In this document: in pieces, positions 1-9,387 of the stretch
Numbering within the stretch: the stretch's first letter is position 1
How the letters are laid out: every line of letters starts with the position of its first letter
From: a virus
Lineage: Duplodnaviria; Caudoviricetes
Reading direction: 5' to 3' (one strand)
Length of the DNA stretch: 64,000 nucleotides
IMG/VR virus record: IMGVR_UViG_3300020420_000671
Translations under genes and position numbers: made by a program
Notes under the pieces: generated by a model
Database searches by the model: none
What the model was told of the DNA's origin: nothing
What the model saw: only the letters and a program-made list of their open reading frames with translations

Positions 1-288
1 GCAGGACATGATTTATTAAGTAGAGAAAAAACGTCTCATATTGACTATCCGTGGTATAGAGGTATAAGGATTCATATTTGTTTGACTCCTGATGTTGATT
101 ATGTATGGAGGGTCTTAGATAAAGATTATCATTTCCAAAGATCTAACAAAATGAATTATTTAGATACCGGCAAACCACACGGTGCTGTAAATAATCATAA
201 TGATAAAGATAGATATGTTTTAAATATAAATCTAGTGCCTAAATTAAATAATCACATTGATTATCAAATTTTAAATCAAATTATTTAA
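1..288 (+). CDS. Asp/Asn beta-hydroxylase-like 2OG-Fe(II) oxygenase, 5'-truncated by window edge
   Basis: Frame is open from base 1 (AGHDLLSREKTSHIDYPWYRGIRIHICL...), longer than the track ORF at 82; HID and distal PHG motifs fit an HxD...H iron triad. Confidence 0.6.
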   Translation, partial: AGHDLLSREKTSHIDYPWYRGIRIHICLTPDVDYVWRVLDKDYHFQRSNKMNYLDTGKPHGAVNNHNDKDRYVLNINLVPKLNNHIDYQILNQII

Positions 289-1789
289 AAATAGATAGTT
301 TTTTTTGTTTGTAATCTTCTATTCTTTTATTATTAACAGCACTATACTTTCTTTGTATATACATTTCGTCTAAAGTTAATTCTAATAATTCATCACTATT
401 TGGAAACTTTCCTATATATTCTGTCATATCAAAGTTAGAGAGTTTTTGTTTAAAGAAATAATCCTTGTGATACATTTCTCCAAACTCTGTAGCCTCTTTG
501 AAGTTGGTTATATCACTTTCCCAAATCAATGCTCGATTATCAAGTTTATTATTAAGTCTTCCCATAGAATCTGCTTTAAACGGAACGTTGTATCCTTTTT
601 TAAGTGACCAGTCAATCAACTCTTTATTTTTAGTTGGAAGGTAACCAAATTTTTTCGCATCAACGCTGAAGTCACTGTGTGTCTTTGTATCAGGATCATC
701 ACTAATATGTAATCCCCAGTAGAAAAAACTTTCCCAATTTTTATTTAACCAGTCCAAACTATTATACCAAGACTCAACAGGTTCATAAGGTAGTCCTGCT
801 ATCATTCCCACAGTACCTCTATATAAACCTAATCTAGCATTGAACTCATCTCTTATCCACAGTAAGCCTTTTTTTATTTTATCTGGGTGCATTCCTTTGC
901 CTATTGCCTTTGCGGCTTCAGGATGAAATGTTTCTATCCCATAAAAATGTCCCCAAACTCTTGCTCTAACTAACAATGCAATTTGTTGTGGTCTTGAAAT
1001 TACTAAATCTAACCTTATAAAACAGGTAAAATTTGGTTCGAATGGAAGACGCTCAACAGCCAAAGCTAGTTTTTCTATTTTGCTATCTCTATCGTTAAAA
1101 GTATCGTCACTGATAATATAGTTAGTTGTACCCCATCTTTCATAATTACGCATCATCTCGTTATACATATCATCTTCGGTTCTGCCATAATCTTCCTTTA
1201 CTCCTAAAAAGGCATAGTTACAATACTTACATTTGAATCTACATCCTCTACTTGTTTCTAAAGTAAGTGCTTCATGATTTTGTATGTAATCATGTTCGTG
1301 GTAATTACAATCAAATTTATCTATATCTAGTCCCGCATACATGTGATTTGCATCTACAAGGAAACTGTTAGGTGCCCATTCAGGATATTTTCCTATTGGT
1401 TGTTCTCCGCCTTCGAACATCCAACTTAAAATAGGCATTAATGATTTTTCACTATAACCAAATACCATACAGTCTGCTCCGTAATCCATTTGATAAGGCT
1501 TGGGTCCTCCCATTAAAACTTTAGCTTTAGGATATTCTTTTTTTAAAAAATTAATTTTGTTGAATACCATTGTATCATCCATCCACAAGTTTCCGAAGGC
1601 GAATAGATCGACATCATAAGGTAACGAATCTACAAACTGTTTTACCTCTTTATCTGACCATTTAGATAGCCAATCTATTACTTCAACTGTCCATCCTTGC
1701 GGACGCATCATATCAGCAATTTTATAGGCTCCCATAGTACGTCTGGTAATATCCATTCCGCTGTCGTTAAAGATTACTGCGTATTTCAT
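281..1789 (-). CDS. B12-binding radical SAM protein (class B methylase-like)
   Basis: CRFKCKYC motif; N-terminal cobalamin-binding-like region (GAYKIA...VEVID); GIET and GMIAGLPYE core motifs. Start moved from 1828 to ATG 1789, which forms an ATGA overlap with the upstream stop. Confidence 0.8.
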   Translation of the reverse strand: MKYAVIFNDSGMDITRRTMGAYKIADMMRPQGWTVEVIDWLSKWSDKEVKQFVDSLPYDVDLFAFGNLWMDDTMVFNKINFLKKEYPKAKVLMGGPKPYQMDYGADCMVFGYSEKSLMPILSWMFEGGEQPIGKYPEWAPNSFLVDANHMYAGLDIDKFDCNYHEHDYIQNHEALTLETSRGCRFKCKYCNYAFLGVKEDYGRTEDDMYNEMMRNYERWGTTNYIISDDTFNDRDSKIEKLALAVERLPFEPNFTCFIRLDLVISRPQQIALLVRARVWGHFYGIETFHPEAAKAIGKGMHPDKIKKGLLWIRDEFNARLGLYRGTVGMIAGLPYEPVESWYNSLDWLNKNWESFFYWGLHISDDPDTKTHSDFSVDAKKFGYLPTKNKELIDWSLKKGYNVPFKADSMGRLNNKLDNRALIWESDITNFKEATEFGEMYHKDYFFKQKLSNFDMTEYIGKFPNSDELLELTLDEMYIQRKYSAVNNKRIEDYKQKKLSIFK

Positions 1790-2409
1790 TTTGTTTTTGC
1801 TACCATGTTCCAACAAGGGTACGCCCAATAATCACTGAACGATGGTAATGTTTCCTTTTCCAATAATACTATATCAAAATTTTTAAAAGTATCTACTAAA
1901 TCTTCTTCTTCTAATTGAGGGGGTGTATAGTCATCACTACCTATTTTATTTTCTGCCCTTCCTGATTGGTTACAATATACACCATCTTTACTTAACATTT
2001 TGTAAATATTATCCGTATATTGTTTTCTAAATTCATATGGTACAAAGTGGTATAAACCAAAATCTATTATCACGTCATACTTTGTATCCGTGTTCATTTC
2101 AAATACATCAATACACGTAAACACACAATCACTTTGTTTTTTGTTAGCAATATCTATAGCAGTACTTGAGATATCTATACCATGTACTTCATAACCTTTT
2201 TTACTTAATGGTATGCTGTTGCGTCCTTCACCACAACCTATGTCTAAAATTTTGCCTTGTATAGGAAAATAGGTCGTAAATTTTTCTAATATATTAGCAG
2301 GTGCTTTCCCCCAAGCAGGATTTCCTTCATCATAAATCTTATCCCAAAAATTAGGTAGCTTTATCTCATAATCACTGAGATGTTTGTTAATAGGATATTG
2401 AATTGGCAT
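1786..2409 (-). CDS. Class I SAM-dependent methyltransferase
   Basis: ILDIGCGEGRNS motif I, GIDIS, YDVIIDFGLYH. Confidence 0.85.
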   Translation of the reverse strand: MPIQYPINKHLSDYEIKLPNFWDKIYDEGNPAWGKAPANILEKFTTYFPIQGKILDIGCGEGRNSIPLSKKGYEVHGIDISSTAIDIANKKQSDCVFTCIDVFEMNTDTKYDVIIDFGLYHFVPYEFRKQYTDNIYKMLSKDGVYCNQSGRAENKIGSDDYTPPQLEEEDLVDTFKNFDIVLLEKETLPSFSDYWAYPCWNMVAKTK

Positions 2410-2978
2410 CAGACAAGATCCGCACGTGCCTCTTCATATGGAGCATCGTACGCCCAACTAAAAATTATCCTTACGGAATCAGTACTATTAGTAACCTGAT
2501 GTGGTGCTTTGGTGTTAATTAAAGTTGGCATGACTGTAGCATGTTCTACAGCAAGTTCTGCGTTTTCTATATATGTAAGCCATTCGTTAGATTCCCATAC
2601 ACCTTTTCTATCTCCGAATTGGTCATAAATTTTTTCTGCTACCTCTCCGCCTTTGAAAAACTTTGTAGTCTTGGTGTCATCACAGTTAGTCACAGGTATG
2701 CTTATAGCAGAACTCCTATGTTCATCAATGTGTACTGGCCAAGAGCCTTTACTACATTTCATTAACTTTATGTAACTCTTTAATTTAGGATATTTTGCTC
2801 TTATGCTTTTTAAGTAGTCATCTGCTTCTACATCAACAACCTTTAAATCAGTGTATAAAGCCAATGCTTCTACATCAGATAAGCTCATCCATTCGTCTGT
2901 AAGCATGTTATCAGCAATACCTTTCATGTAATCCATGTCAATGAATCCAGGTAGCTCTGTTAAATATGGTTCCTTCAT
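2409..2978 (-). CDS. 2OG-Fe(II)/cupin-type oxygenase-like protein
   Basis: PVHID and PHQV motifs, C-terminal RIIFSW strand. Confidence 0.55.
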   Translation of the reverse strand: MKEPYLTELPGFIDMDYMKGIADNMLTDEWMSLSDVEALALYTDLKVVDVEADDYLKSIRAKYPKLKSYIKLMKCSKGSWPVHIDEHRSSAISIPVTNCDDTKTTKFFKGGEVAEKIYDQFGDRKGVWESNEWLTYIENAELAVEHATVMPTLINTKAPHQVTNSTDSVRIIFSWAYDAPYEEARADLV

Positions 2979-3517
2979 AATGTTATACCTTTCAATTTAT
3001 CTTCAAATATTTGGCAAACATCTTCGTATGCTTCTTCAAAGCACAACTGGAACACTATTCTCGTGTCGTTGTTTTCAGTGAAGTAAACATTATGATAATG
3101 TCCACCAGTATTTAATATTGCTCCGTATCCTTCATAATTGATACTGGCTACTTTATTTAGTGACTCATCATAGAACCAAGTTTCACCACAATTTTCTGTT
3201 AAAGGAAAACTTACCACAGTCTGTCGTGGTATATATGTTCCTTCAAACTCATTGTAACGATTTTTATCCTTATGAATTTTACTTCCTGATTCGTTGACTC
3301 TTAGGAGCTGGCAAACACAGTTTAAACCTGTGTTGTTAAATTTTTGTATTGTGCTGGGTAATTTAAAAAAACTTATTTTATAACTTATATCTACGAAAGC
3401 ATTTGGCTTTAATGCTATTTCCAAAAGTTCTTTCTTTGTATTTTCACCTAAAATATTAGGTACAACTCTGTAATAGGGATCATAACTCTGTAGCATATTC
3501 TTCTTTTTTTTGTTCAT
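2975..3517 (-). CDS. 2OG-Fe(II)/cupin-type oxygenase-like protein
   Basis: KIHKD, HYHNV and RIVFQL motifs; same layout as the neighbouring gene. Confidence 0.55.
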   Translation of the reverse strand: MNKKKKNMLQSYDPYYRVVPNILGENTKKELLEIALKPNAFVDISYKISFFKLPSTIQKFNNTGLNCVCQLLRVNESGSKIHKDKNRYNEFEGTYIPRQTVVSFPLTENCGETWFYDESLNKVASINYEGYGAILNTGGHYHNVYFTENNDTRIVFQLCFEEAYEDVCQIFEDKLKGITL

Positions 3518-4319
3518 ACTTATCTATCAATAAATCAGTGATTGATCCTGTTTTAGTTGTTGCTGTGACTCCCCCGCTAGAACTTGTAATGAATACTTCA
3601 TCAGCAGATTCAAAAAGTTCAATAGAAATAGGTGTTCTATTGAATTCTAAATTACACTCTTTTGCTATGTCCTCAACTACAGTCATTGTTACTCCACGTA
3701 ATACATTGGCACTAGCTGTCATTATTCTTTTATCTTTTACTATTCCGACATTGAACCCAGGACCTTCGGTTACATTTCCTGAAGTATCAACAAGCACCGT
3801 GGTGTCAAAATCCTTAGGACGCTGTATTTGACTCATTGTTAATTCTATCCATGCCATATTTTTAAAAGTCTGTCCATAATAAGCATCATGAACTCTTTTA
3901 ACATGTTTGTCTAAATAAAGTTTAACCATCGGTGTAGATGCTATAGGATAACTAGGTTTCATATACATAGCAAAATTCACAGGACAGTTTTCAAGGTCTC
4001 TTGGATTACCGCTAGGAGGAAATCCTCTCCATAATATAAACCACACAAAAGCATCTTTGATTTCATTTTTGCTTTTAAGCGTTTTACAAATTTCTAAAAA
4101 ATTCACATCTGGTATTTTCAGTCCATATCTTTTAGCACTATTTCTAAATCTATTTTCATGACGATCAAAACAAAACGCATTTCCGTTGTATACTGGCATT
4201 ACATCGTAAGTAGCATCACAATGTATGAATCCAAAATCTAAAATACTTGGTCCTATGTCTTTCAACGGCATATATTCACCGTTTTTATATGCTGTCAGTT
4301 CTAATACATTACTCATCAA
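3480..4319 (-). CDS. PLP-dependent aminotransferase class IV (IlvE/D-amino acid aminotransferase/ADC lyase fold)
   Basis: GFIHCDATYDV, catalytic-Lys-like TFKN, EGPGFN, LRGVT, ADEVFITSS motifs. Confidence 0.85.
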   Translation of the reverse strand: MMSNVLELTAYKNGEYMPLKDIGPSILDFGFIHCDATYDVMPVYNGNAFCFDRHENRFRNSAKRYGLKIPDVNFLEICKTLKSKNEIKDAFVWFILWRGFPPSGNPRDLENCPVNFAMYMKPSYPIASTPMVKLYLDKHVKRVHDAYYGQTFKNMAWIELTMSQIQRPKDFDTTVLVDTSGNVTEGPGFNVGIVKDKRIMTASANVLRGVTMTVVEDIAKECNLEFNRTPISIELFESADEVFITSSSGGVTATTKTGSITDLLIDKYEQKKEEYATEL

Positions 4320-4566
4320 ATTTTACCTTCTTTAGTTGCGGATCGTCAGGCAATTTTTTCTTAAGTTCTTTTAATCTATTAATACGCCATTCTAATAATT
4401 TAAAATCAAGAACCCAAGGAAAAATTGCGTGGATAAGACTTCCTATTGTTACTCCAAGTAGAAAAAAGAATTCTGACATTGCTAATTTAAAATGCCACCA
4501 GTATCCAGCATCTTCTCTACCCGCCTTTGCTTTTGCTTCTTTTAAATGTTTAGGATTGTACCACAT
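4309..4566 (-). CDS. Small membrane-associated protein, DUF6356-like
   Basis: HL...YWWHF..A...hydrophobic stretch...LIHAIFP pattern. Confidence 0.5.
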   Translation of the reverse strand: MWYNPKHLKEAKAKAGREDAGYWWHFKLAMSEFFFLLGVTIGSLIHAIFPWVLDFKLLEWRINRLKELKKKLPDDPQLKKVKFDE

Positions 4567-5110
4567 AATTTCCTTTCAGCAAACTTCTACGCCTATTGTA
4601 TTCAGCAATATCTAGTTGCCAAACAGTTTGCTCACAGTTATATAATTCCATATCACAATGTTTTTCTAATATACCTTGCTTTGCTAAAAGACCCATTAAT
4701 CTATGATTGCGGGCCGCTTTACCGTTTGAATGTTCTCGGTAAATGTTTGTAGTAATATATAGCTTATCTGTAGGGCAGTAGTCTATAAAGCGGGGTATAA
4801 ATTCTCTTTGAGTAACGCTGTTCCAGTCACCTTTCCCTAATCCTTTAAAATTATTATTATGAGGCAATTCACAACCCCTAAATAATATTCTCCAAGCATC
4901 TTTGCTTACCTCTGGTAGAGGATGACAACCAGCCACTGCTATGATGTTTCCGTTTTCTACAGCACAAAAGTATTCACCCCATTCTTTTGTTTTTTCGAAT
5001 CTCATTTCTCTCAAACTGCTGTTGTTTACATAACCTAATTCTTTTGCTTTTTTACAAAAGTTTTCTAATTTAGGAATGAGATCATCCGTGATTATTTTAA
5101 CTTCAATCAT
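4550..5110 (-). CDS. GNAT-like acetyltransferase
   Basis: FCAVENGNIIAVAGC strand followed by WRILFRG, a GNAT-like topology. Confidence 0.45.
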   Translation of the reverse strand: MIEVKIITDDLIPKLENFCKKAKELGYVNNSSLREMRFEKTKEWGEYFCAVENGNIIAVAGCHPLPEVSKDAWRILFRGCELPHNNNFKGLGKGDWNSVTQREFIPRFIDYCPTDKLYITTNIYREHSNGKAARNHRLMGLLAKQGILEKHCDMELYNCEQTVWQLDIAEYNRRRSLLKGNYVVQS

Positions 5111-5736
5111 AGTGGCATCAAATTTGTTACTATTGTTTCTGCTGTTTTTTCATTAAGTTCAAGATTAACTACTAACCAATAACTATCTTCGTTCGTGCTG
5201 TTGAATAATTGATGTACCTTTGCTGTATTTAAAAAATATAAATGTCCTACACGCCAATTTAAAATTTTATCTTCTAAAACAAACGTACAAGGATTTTTCA
5301 TAGGAGATATTAATCTACAGCTATCTAAATTAAGATGTCGAAAATCTCTATGGGTAGGAAAGTATCCGCCTGGTGCTAATTTTAAAATATGTGTTCTAAA
5401 GAAATGTCCTTCAAATGGCTGTAAAAAATTTTTTATATCGTCATTTTTTGTATACGCATCTGTGTATACATTAAAATCACTCTCTTCATAATTTGTATTA
5501 TTTTCTTGATTGTATTCGTGTAAACTATCTAGATCTGGTATTCCAGATAACCCGCCGTCTAAACTGGTTAGGCTTAATCCGTACCTAGCAATAGGTTTCC
5601 TAGGATTATATTTGACATAGTCAAAATTTTCTTCTGTCCATTTTATATATGTTGTGCTATTAAAATTGAAACCTAGCCTAATAAAATCTCCGTATTGTGT
5701 TATTGTTTGATACAAGCCAGACAAGATATCCTCCAA
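5107..5736 (-). CDS. Asp/Asn beta-hydroxylase-like 2OG-Fe(II) oxygenase
   Basis: LAPGGYFPTHRD, RLISP, LNTAKVHQLFN motifs. Start uncertain: TTG 5736, or TTG 5724 which has GGAGG 5 nt upstream. Confidence 0.7.
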   Translation of the reverse strand: MEDILSGLYQTITQYGDFIRLGFNFNSTTYIKWTEENFDYVKYNPRKPIARYGLSLTSLDGGLSGIPDLDSLHEYNQENNTNYEESDFNVYTDAYTKNDDIKNFLQPFEGHFFRTHILKLAPGGYFPTHRDFRHLNLDSCRLISPMKNPCTFVLEDKILNWRVGHLYFLNTAKVHQLFNSTNEDSYWLVVNLELNEKTAETIVTNLMPL

Positions 5737-5746
5737 ATTCTATTCA

Positions 5747-5758
5747 TATAAATATTTA
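5747..5758. promoter_or_regulatory. Divergent pair of T4-type late promoters
   Basis: TATAAATA on + (5747-5754) and TAAATA on - (5753-5758), overlapping as the palindrome TAAATATTTA between divergent operons. Confidence 0.6.
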
Positions 5759-5786
5759 TTGAACGTATGAAAAGGTTTTAGTCAAT

Positions 5787-6665
5787 ATGAATAGACAAAC
5801 TCAGCTAGAAAATCAAATAAAATTTATGAATTATGACCGTAGTAAAAACATGGACATAATTCGTAATATGCAGAAATGTCAAAGGAATTGGGACTACTCT
5901 AAAAAAATATGGGACGAAATAGTCGAATATTTACTATGGATTGCAGAAAACAGTCCTTCCAAACAATGGGAAGCCTATTACGATGTGTATTGGAGTGCTG
6001 ACCGGAAAGTGATACAAGAAATATCAAGGTATACTTGGGGGTGTACACATAGCAGAAATCCTCCTAGCACATGGAGAAATGCCCAAGCTAATGCTAACAT
6101 GTATATGTTATTTGTTGCCAAAGAGCCTGAAACTCAAGAGAATTGTAATCCCGACGGAACTTTAAAATCTAACACAAAAAATTCTAGATGGGAAAATGCT
6201 TATGTCAGTATAGGTATAGCAATGGGACTTGTAATGCATGCCGCTCATAAATTAGAGATGGTTACAGGTTGTAATAAAAGTCACGGTGATATAAATGGCG
6301 ACATGTTCTGGGAAAAAAGGCTTGGCATTTTAGATGATGTAAAAGCAGGTAGGAAAAAAATTGCTTATGGCATAGGCATAGGTTATCCACAAGCAGACAA
6401 AGAAAGATGGCAAACAGATGAGACAGAATTAGCAATAGGTGCTGGCAACGGAGATACATTAACAACGTTAAATGAAAAAGATCCTAATTGGGTAGATACA
6501 CATATTGATACTGGAAAAACTGTAAGAAAAATTAAGATAGTAAACATAAAAGAAAACACAGAAGCAGTTGATCCTTATGGCAATTTACATCCACTACCTC
6601 TGACCAGTGATATAAAAATCAACACACAAAAAATACGTAAAATCAATGTGACGGAGATTAAATGA
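5787..6665 (+). CDS. Nitroreductase-fold flavoprotein with C-terminal extension
   Basis: CQRNW...AENSPSKQ FMN-binding-like start; AYVSIGIAMG..MHAAHKLEMVTG; YGIGIGYP. Confidence 0.6.
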   Translation: MNRQTQLENQIKFMNYDRSKNMDIIRNMQKCQRNWDYSKKIWDEIVEYLLWIAENSPSKQWEAYYDVYWSADRKVIQEISRYTWGCTHSRNPPSTWRNAQANANMYMLFVAKEPETQENCNPDGTLKSNTKNSRWENAYVSIGIAMGLVMHAAHKLEMVTGCNKSHGDINGDMFWEKRLGILDDVKAGRKKIAYGIGIGYPQADKERWQTDETELAIGAGNGDTLTTLNEKDPNWVDTHIDTGKTVRKIKIVNIKENTEAVDPYGNLHPLPLTSDIKINTQKIRKINVTEIK

Positions 6666-7555
6666 TAAACATAGTTGTTACAAGCAAACCATGTGACGGT
6701 TTGTTTTACTATAGTTATGAATACAAATCAGCTTTAAAAAGTCTAGGTATGCCTGTACAAGTTATAGTAATCACACATAGAAAATTTAAGGAACAAGATT
6801 ATTTAGACAGCATAAATGAAAAATATATTCATTGTGAAGATATATTTTTTAACAATTTTAATCCTGAAGAAAATGACACAACTTTAATAATGGGTAGAAG
6901 CATGATGACATTAGGTTATCAAGATTTCAAAGAATATACAGAATCTCAACAGGAAACCTTAAAAAAAGTTTTTAGTAAAAATCTAATAGCAGTATATTCA
7001 GAAAATCATCCTACCAGATATCATCAAGCTGTTGGATTTTTTAATCCTGCGAAAATAATAGATTTATGCGATACAGATGTATATCCAGAAGCGCCTACAG
7101 ACTTACATTTTGAGAAACATATTAACTTTACAATTCATAAAGATATAGTAGATGATGTTAAATTTGAACATTTATTTTTAGGAACTAACGACAAATACTA
7201 TGCTACTGTAAATTCAATAATTAAAGACTATCCTGATCATGGAATTATTACATATGATGAAGATTATATAAATGAAAACAATAATAATGTTTTTGCTCCA
7301 GTCAAAAATATTATGGGAATGTTTAAAACTTATGTATATACTAAAGATACTTTTGATCCAGCACCAAGAATATTTCAAGAATGTAGATATTTTGGTAAGG
7401 AAGTAATTTATCAAAGAGATAAAAGTATAAAAGATGGAGGTAGTGTGTATTGGGATAGAGGCTTGAAAGATCCTGATATATCTAACATAGCAATAGCAAT
7501 AAAACAATTTGCAGGACAGAAGAATGTTGTTCCTGTCAAAAAGGAGCAAGTATGA
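6662..7555 (+). CDS. Hypothetical protein, possibly a divergent GT-B glycosyltransferase
   Basis: C-terminal DPAPRIFQECRYFGKEVI resembles the acidic-X7-E motif of GT4-like enzymes; coupled (ATGA) to the DegT gene. Confidence 0.35.
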   Translation: MINIVVTSKPCDGLFYYSYEYKSALKSLGMPVQVIVITHRKFKEQDYLDSINEKYIHCEDIFFNNFNPEENDTTLIMGRSMMTLGYQDFKEYTESQQETLKKVFSKNLIAVYSENHPTRYHQAVGFFNPAKIIDLCDTDVYPEAPTDLHFEKHINFTIHKDIVDDVKFEHLFLGTNDKYYATVNSIIKDYPDHGIITYDEDYINENNNNVFAPVKNIMGMFKTYVYTKDTFDPAPRIFQECRYFGKEVIYQRDKSIKDGGSVYWDRGLKDPDISNIAIAIKQFAGQKNVVPVKKEQV

Positions 7556-8631
7556 TATCTTACGAAGGTTGGGATAGAGAATATATAGAAAACAAAGATG
7601 CCTACATAGAAATATTTGATATTTTTATGAATCAACTTAATTATGAAGACGCAGACGATTTTGAAAAACAAATAGCAGAATATGTAGGTAGAAAACATGT
7701 TGTCAGTGTTGCTTGTGCTACTGATGCCTTAGGATTTTCTCTGATGAGTCATGGCATAGGACCTGGCGCGGAAGTTTTAGTAACAGACTTCAGTTGGATA
7801 TCTAGTTCATCCTGTATTAGTATGACAGGAGCCACACCTGTGTTTTGCGATATAGATTTAGATTCATATCATATAAGTTTCGATAGTATTAAGCGTATGG
7901 TCAGTCCAAGGACAAAAGCAATAATATACACACACCTATTTGGAAATATGGTTGATGTAACAGAAATAATAGAATTTTGTAAAGAAAACAAAATATTTTT
8001 CATTGAAGATGCCGCACAATCTCTTGGTTCTAGTTATAATAAAGTAAAAGCAGGAAGCATAGGACATTGTAGTTCTTTTAGTTTTAATACAAATAAAGTT
8101 ATAGCAGGCATAAATGGTGGTGGTGTTTTTATGACTGACAATGAAGAAATTGCTAACATAGTGAAGAAGTTAAGAAGACATGGTAAAGATAAAGACTTTG
8201 AAATGATAGGATACAATTCTAGAATGTACGTCCTGAATTCAATGATAATAAAACAACGTATGAAAAATATTGTTGAGACACAAAAAACAAGACAGGAAAT
8301 AGCACAAAAATACAACGAAGCTTTCAAAGATCTTCCTGTAATCACACAGAAGCCCACTCCTATTTTAGATCATAATTTTCATAAGTATACGGTAAGATTT
8401 GAAAACAAAGATATTAGAAAAAAAGTCAAAAACGATTTAAGTCTATCAATACATTATGAACGGCCCTTATCTAAAAACTCAATGTATGAACATTTGAAAT
8501 ATAGAAAAGATGATTGTAAAAATTCTAAACTAGTATCAGATACTATTGTATCACTTCCTGTACATGCTTGGTTAAAGGAAGAAGAAATTAATAAAATAAT
8601 AGATACAGTTAAATCGAACTTTTCCGCATAA
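7552..8631 (+). CDS. DegT/DnrJ/EryC1/StrS nucleotide-sugar aminotransferase
   Basis: GATPVFCDID, IEDAAQSLG, SFNTNK (PLP lysine), GYNSRM, IVSLPVH motifs. Confidence 0.9.
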   Translation: MISYEGWDREYIENKDAYIEIFDIFMNQLNYEDADDFEKQIAEYVGRKHVVSVACATDALGFSLMSHGIGPGAEVLVTDFSWISSSSCISMTGATPVFCDIDLDSYHISFDSIKRMVSPRTKAIIYTHLFGNMVDVTEIIEFCKENKIFFIEDAAQSLGSSYNKVKAGSIGHCSSFSFNTNKVIAGINGGGVFMTDNEEIANIVKKLRRHGKDKDFEMIGYNSRMYVLNSMIIKQRMKNIVETQKTRQEIAQKYNEAFKDLPVITQKPTPILDHNFHKYTVRFENKDIRKKVKNDLSLSIHYERPLSKNSMYEHLKYRKDDCKNSKLVSDTIVSLPVHAWLKEEEINKIIDTVKSNFSA

Positions 8632-9316
8632 AGTCTTGTATATCTCTTGCGGCAACCATATGTGACCCACGTCCTGGATGTAAACTATCTCTAGCCATAT
8701 CAACAAAAAATGATTTAGTTGTTACTTGATATAAATTTACTCGGTTCCAATTGAAATGAGGAATTTTTTCTATATGCTCACCTTCACATGTAACATGGTA
8801 ATTTTTAATTCCTATTGCGTCTAAATGATATTTCGCCATGTTCATTCTCACTATTGAATCATAACAAGCATCAACGTCATTATGTATATGCTCATAGTAC
8901 GCTAGTGATTTACTTATATTTGTACCCTGGGGAGGTATTCTATTTGTGCCTACTTTCTGAAGATCCATAGGCATAAATCTTTGAATTGCTCCGCCCCTCC
9001 AATTAGCCCTATTCAACCCTTGGAAAACACAATATCTATCAAAATAACTCCACATGATAACTACTATATCCCCTTTTACAAATTTAGTGTGTAGTATTAT
9101 ATCTAGTATATGTTTATTAGAAGCACCAGGGACAGCAAAATTTACGCACTTACGCTTTAGGTTATCGGCAATTAATCTTGGCCAAGCAAATTTACTAGGC
9201 TTTGGTCCATGTTGTCCTACTTTGGTTAGACTAGGATTACCATTTTCATCTATCCAACAATCAGGAAGTCCTTCACCGTATGTGTTACTACAACCAAATG
9301 CTACTAATCTGTCCAT
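8609..9316 (-). CDS. SGNH/GDSL-like hydrolase or acyltransferase
   Basis: VAFGCSNTYG block I, NFAVPGASN block II, DSLHPG block V. Confidence 0.7.
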   Translation of the reverse strand: MDRLVAFGCSNTYGEGLPDCWIDENGNPSLTKVGQHGPKPSKFAWPRLIADNLKRKCVNFAVPGASNKHILDIILHTKFVKGDIVVIMWSYFDRYCVFQGLNRANWRGGAIQRFMPMDLQKVGTNRIPPQGTNISKSLAYYEHIHNDVDACYDSIVRMNMAKYHLDAIGIKNYHVTCEGEHIEKIPHFNWNRVNLYQVTTKSFFVDMARDSLHPGRGSHMVAARDIQDFMRKSSI

Positions 9317-9321
9317 GCTAA

Positions 9322-9327
9322 TATTTA
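9322..9327 (-). promoter_or_regulatory. Late promoter, 5 nt before the start codon
   Basis: TAAATA-TTAGC-ATG(9316). Confidence 0.55.
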
Positions 9328-9363
9328 CCTGCCAGGCTTACGCACACTTAATTTCACGGAAAA

Positions 9364-9369
9364 TAAATA
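9364..9369 (+). promoter_or_regulatory. Late promoter
   Basis: AATAAATA in the short divergent intergenic gap before the radical SAM gene. Confidence 0.5.
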
Positions 9370-9387
9370 TTCAAGCAAGAGTTGTAT

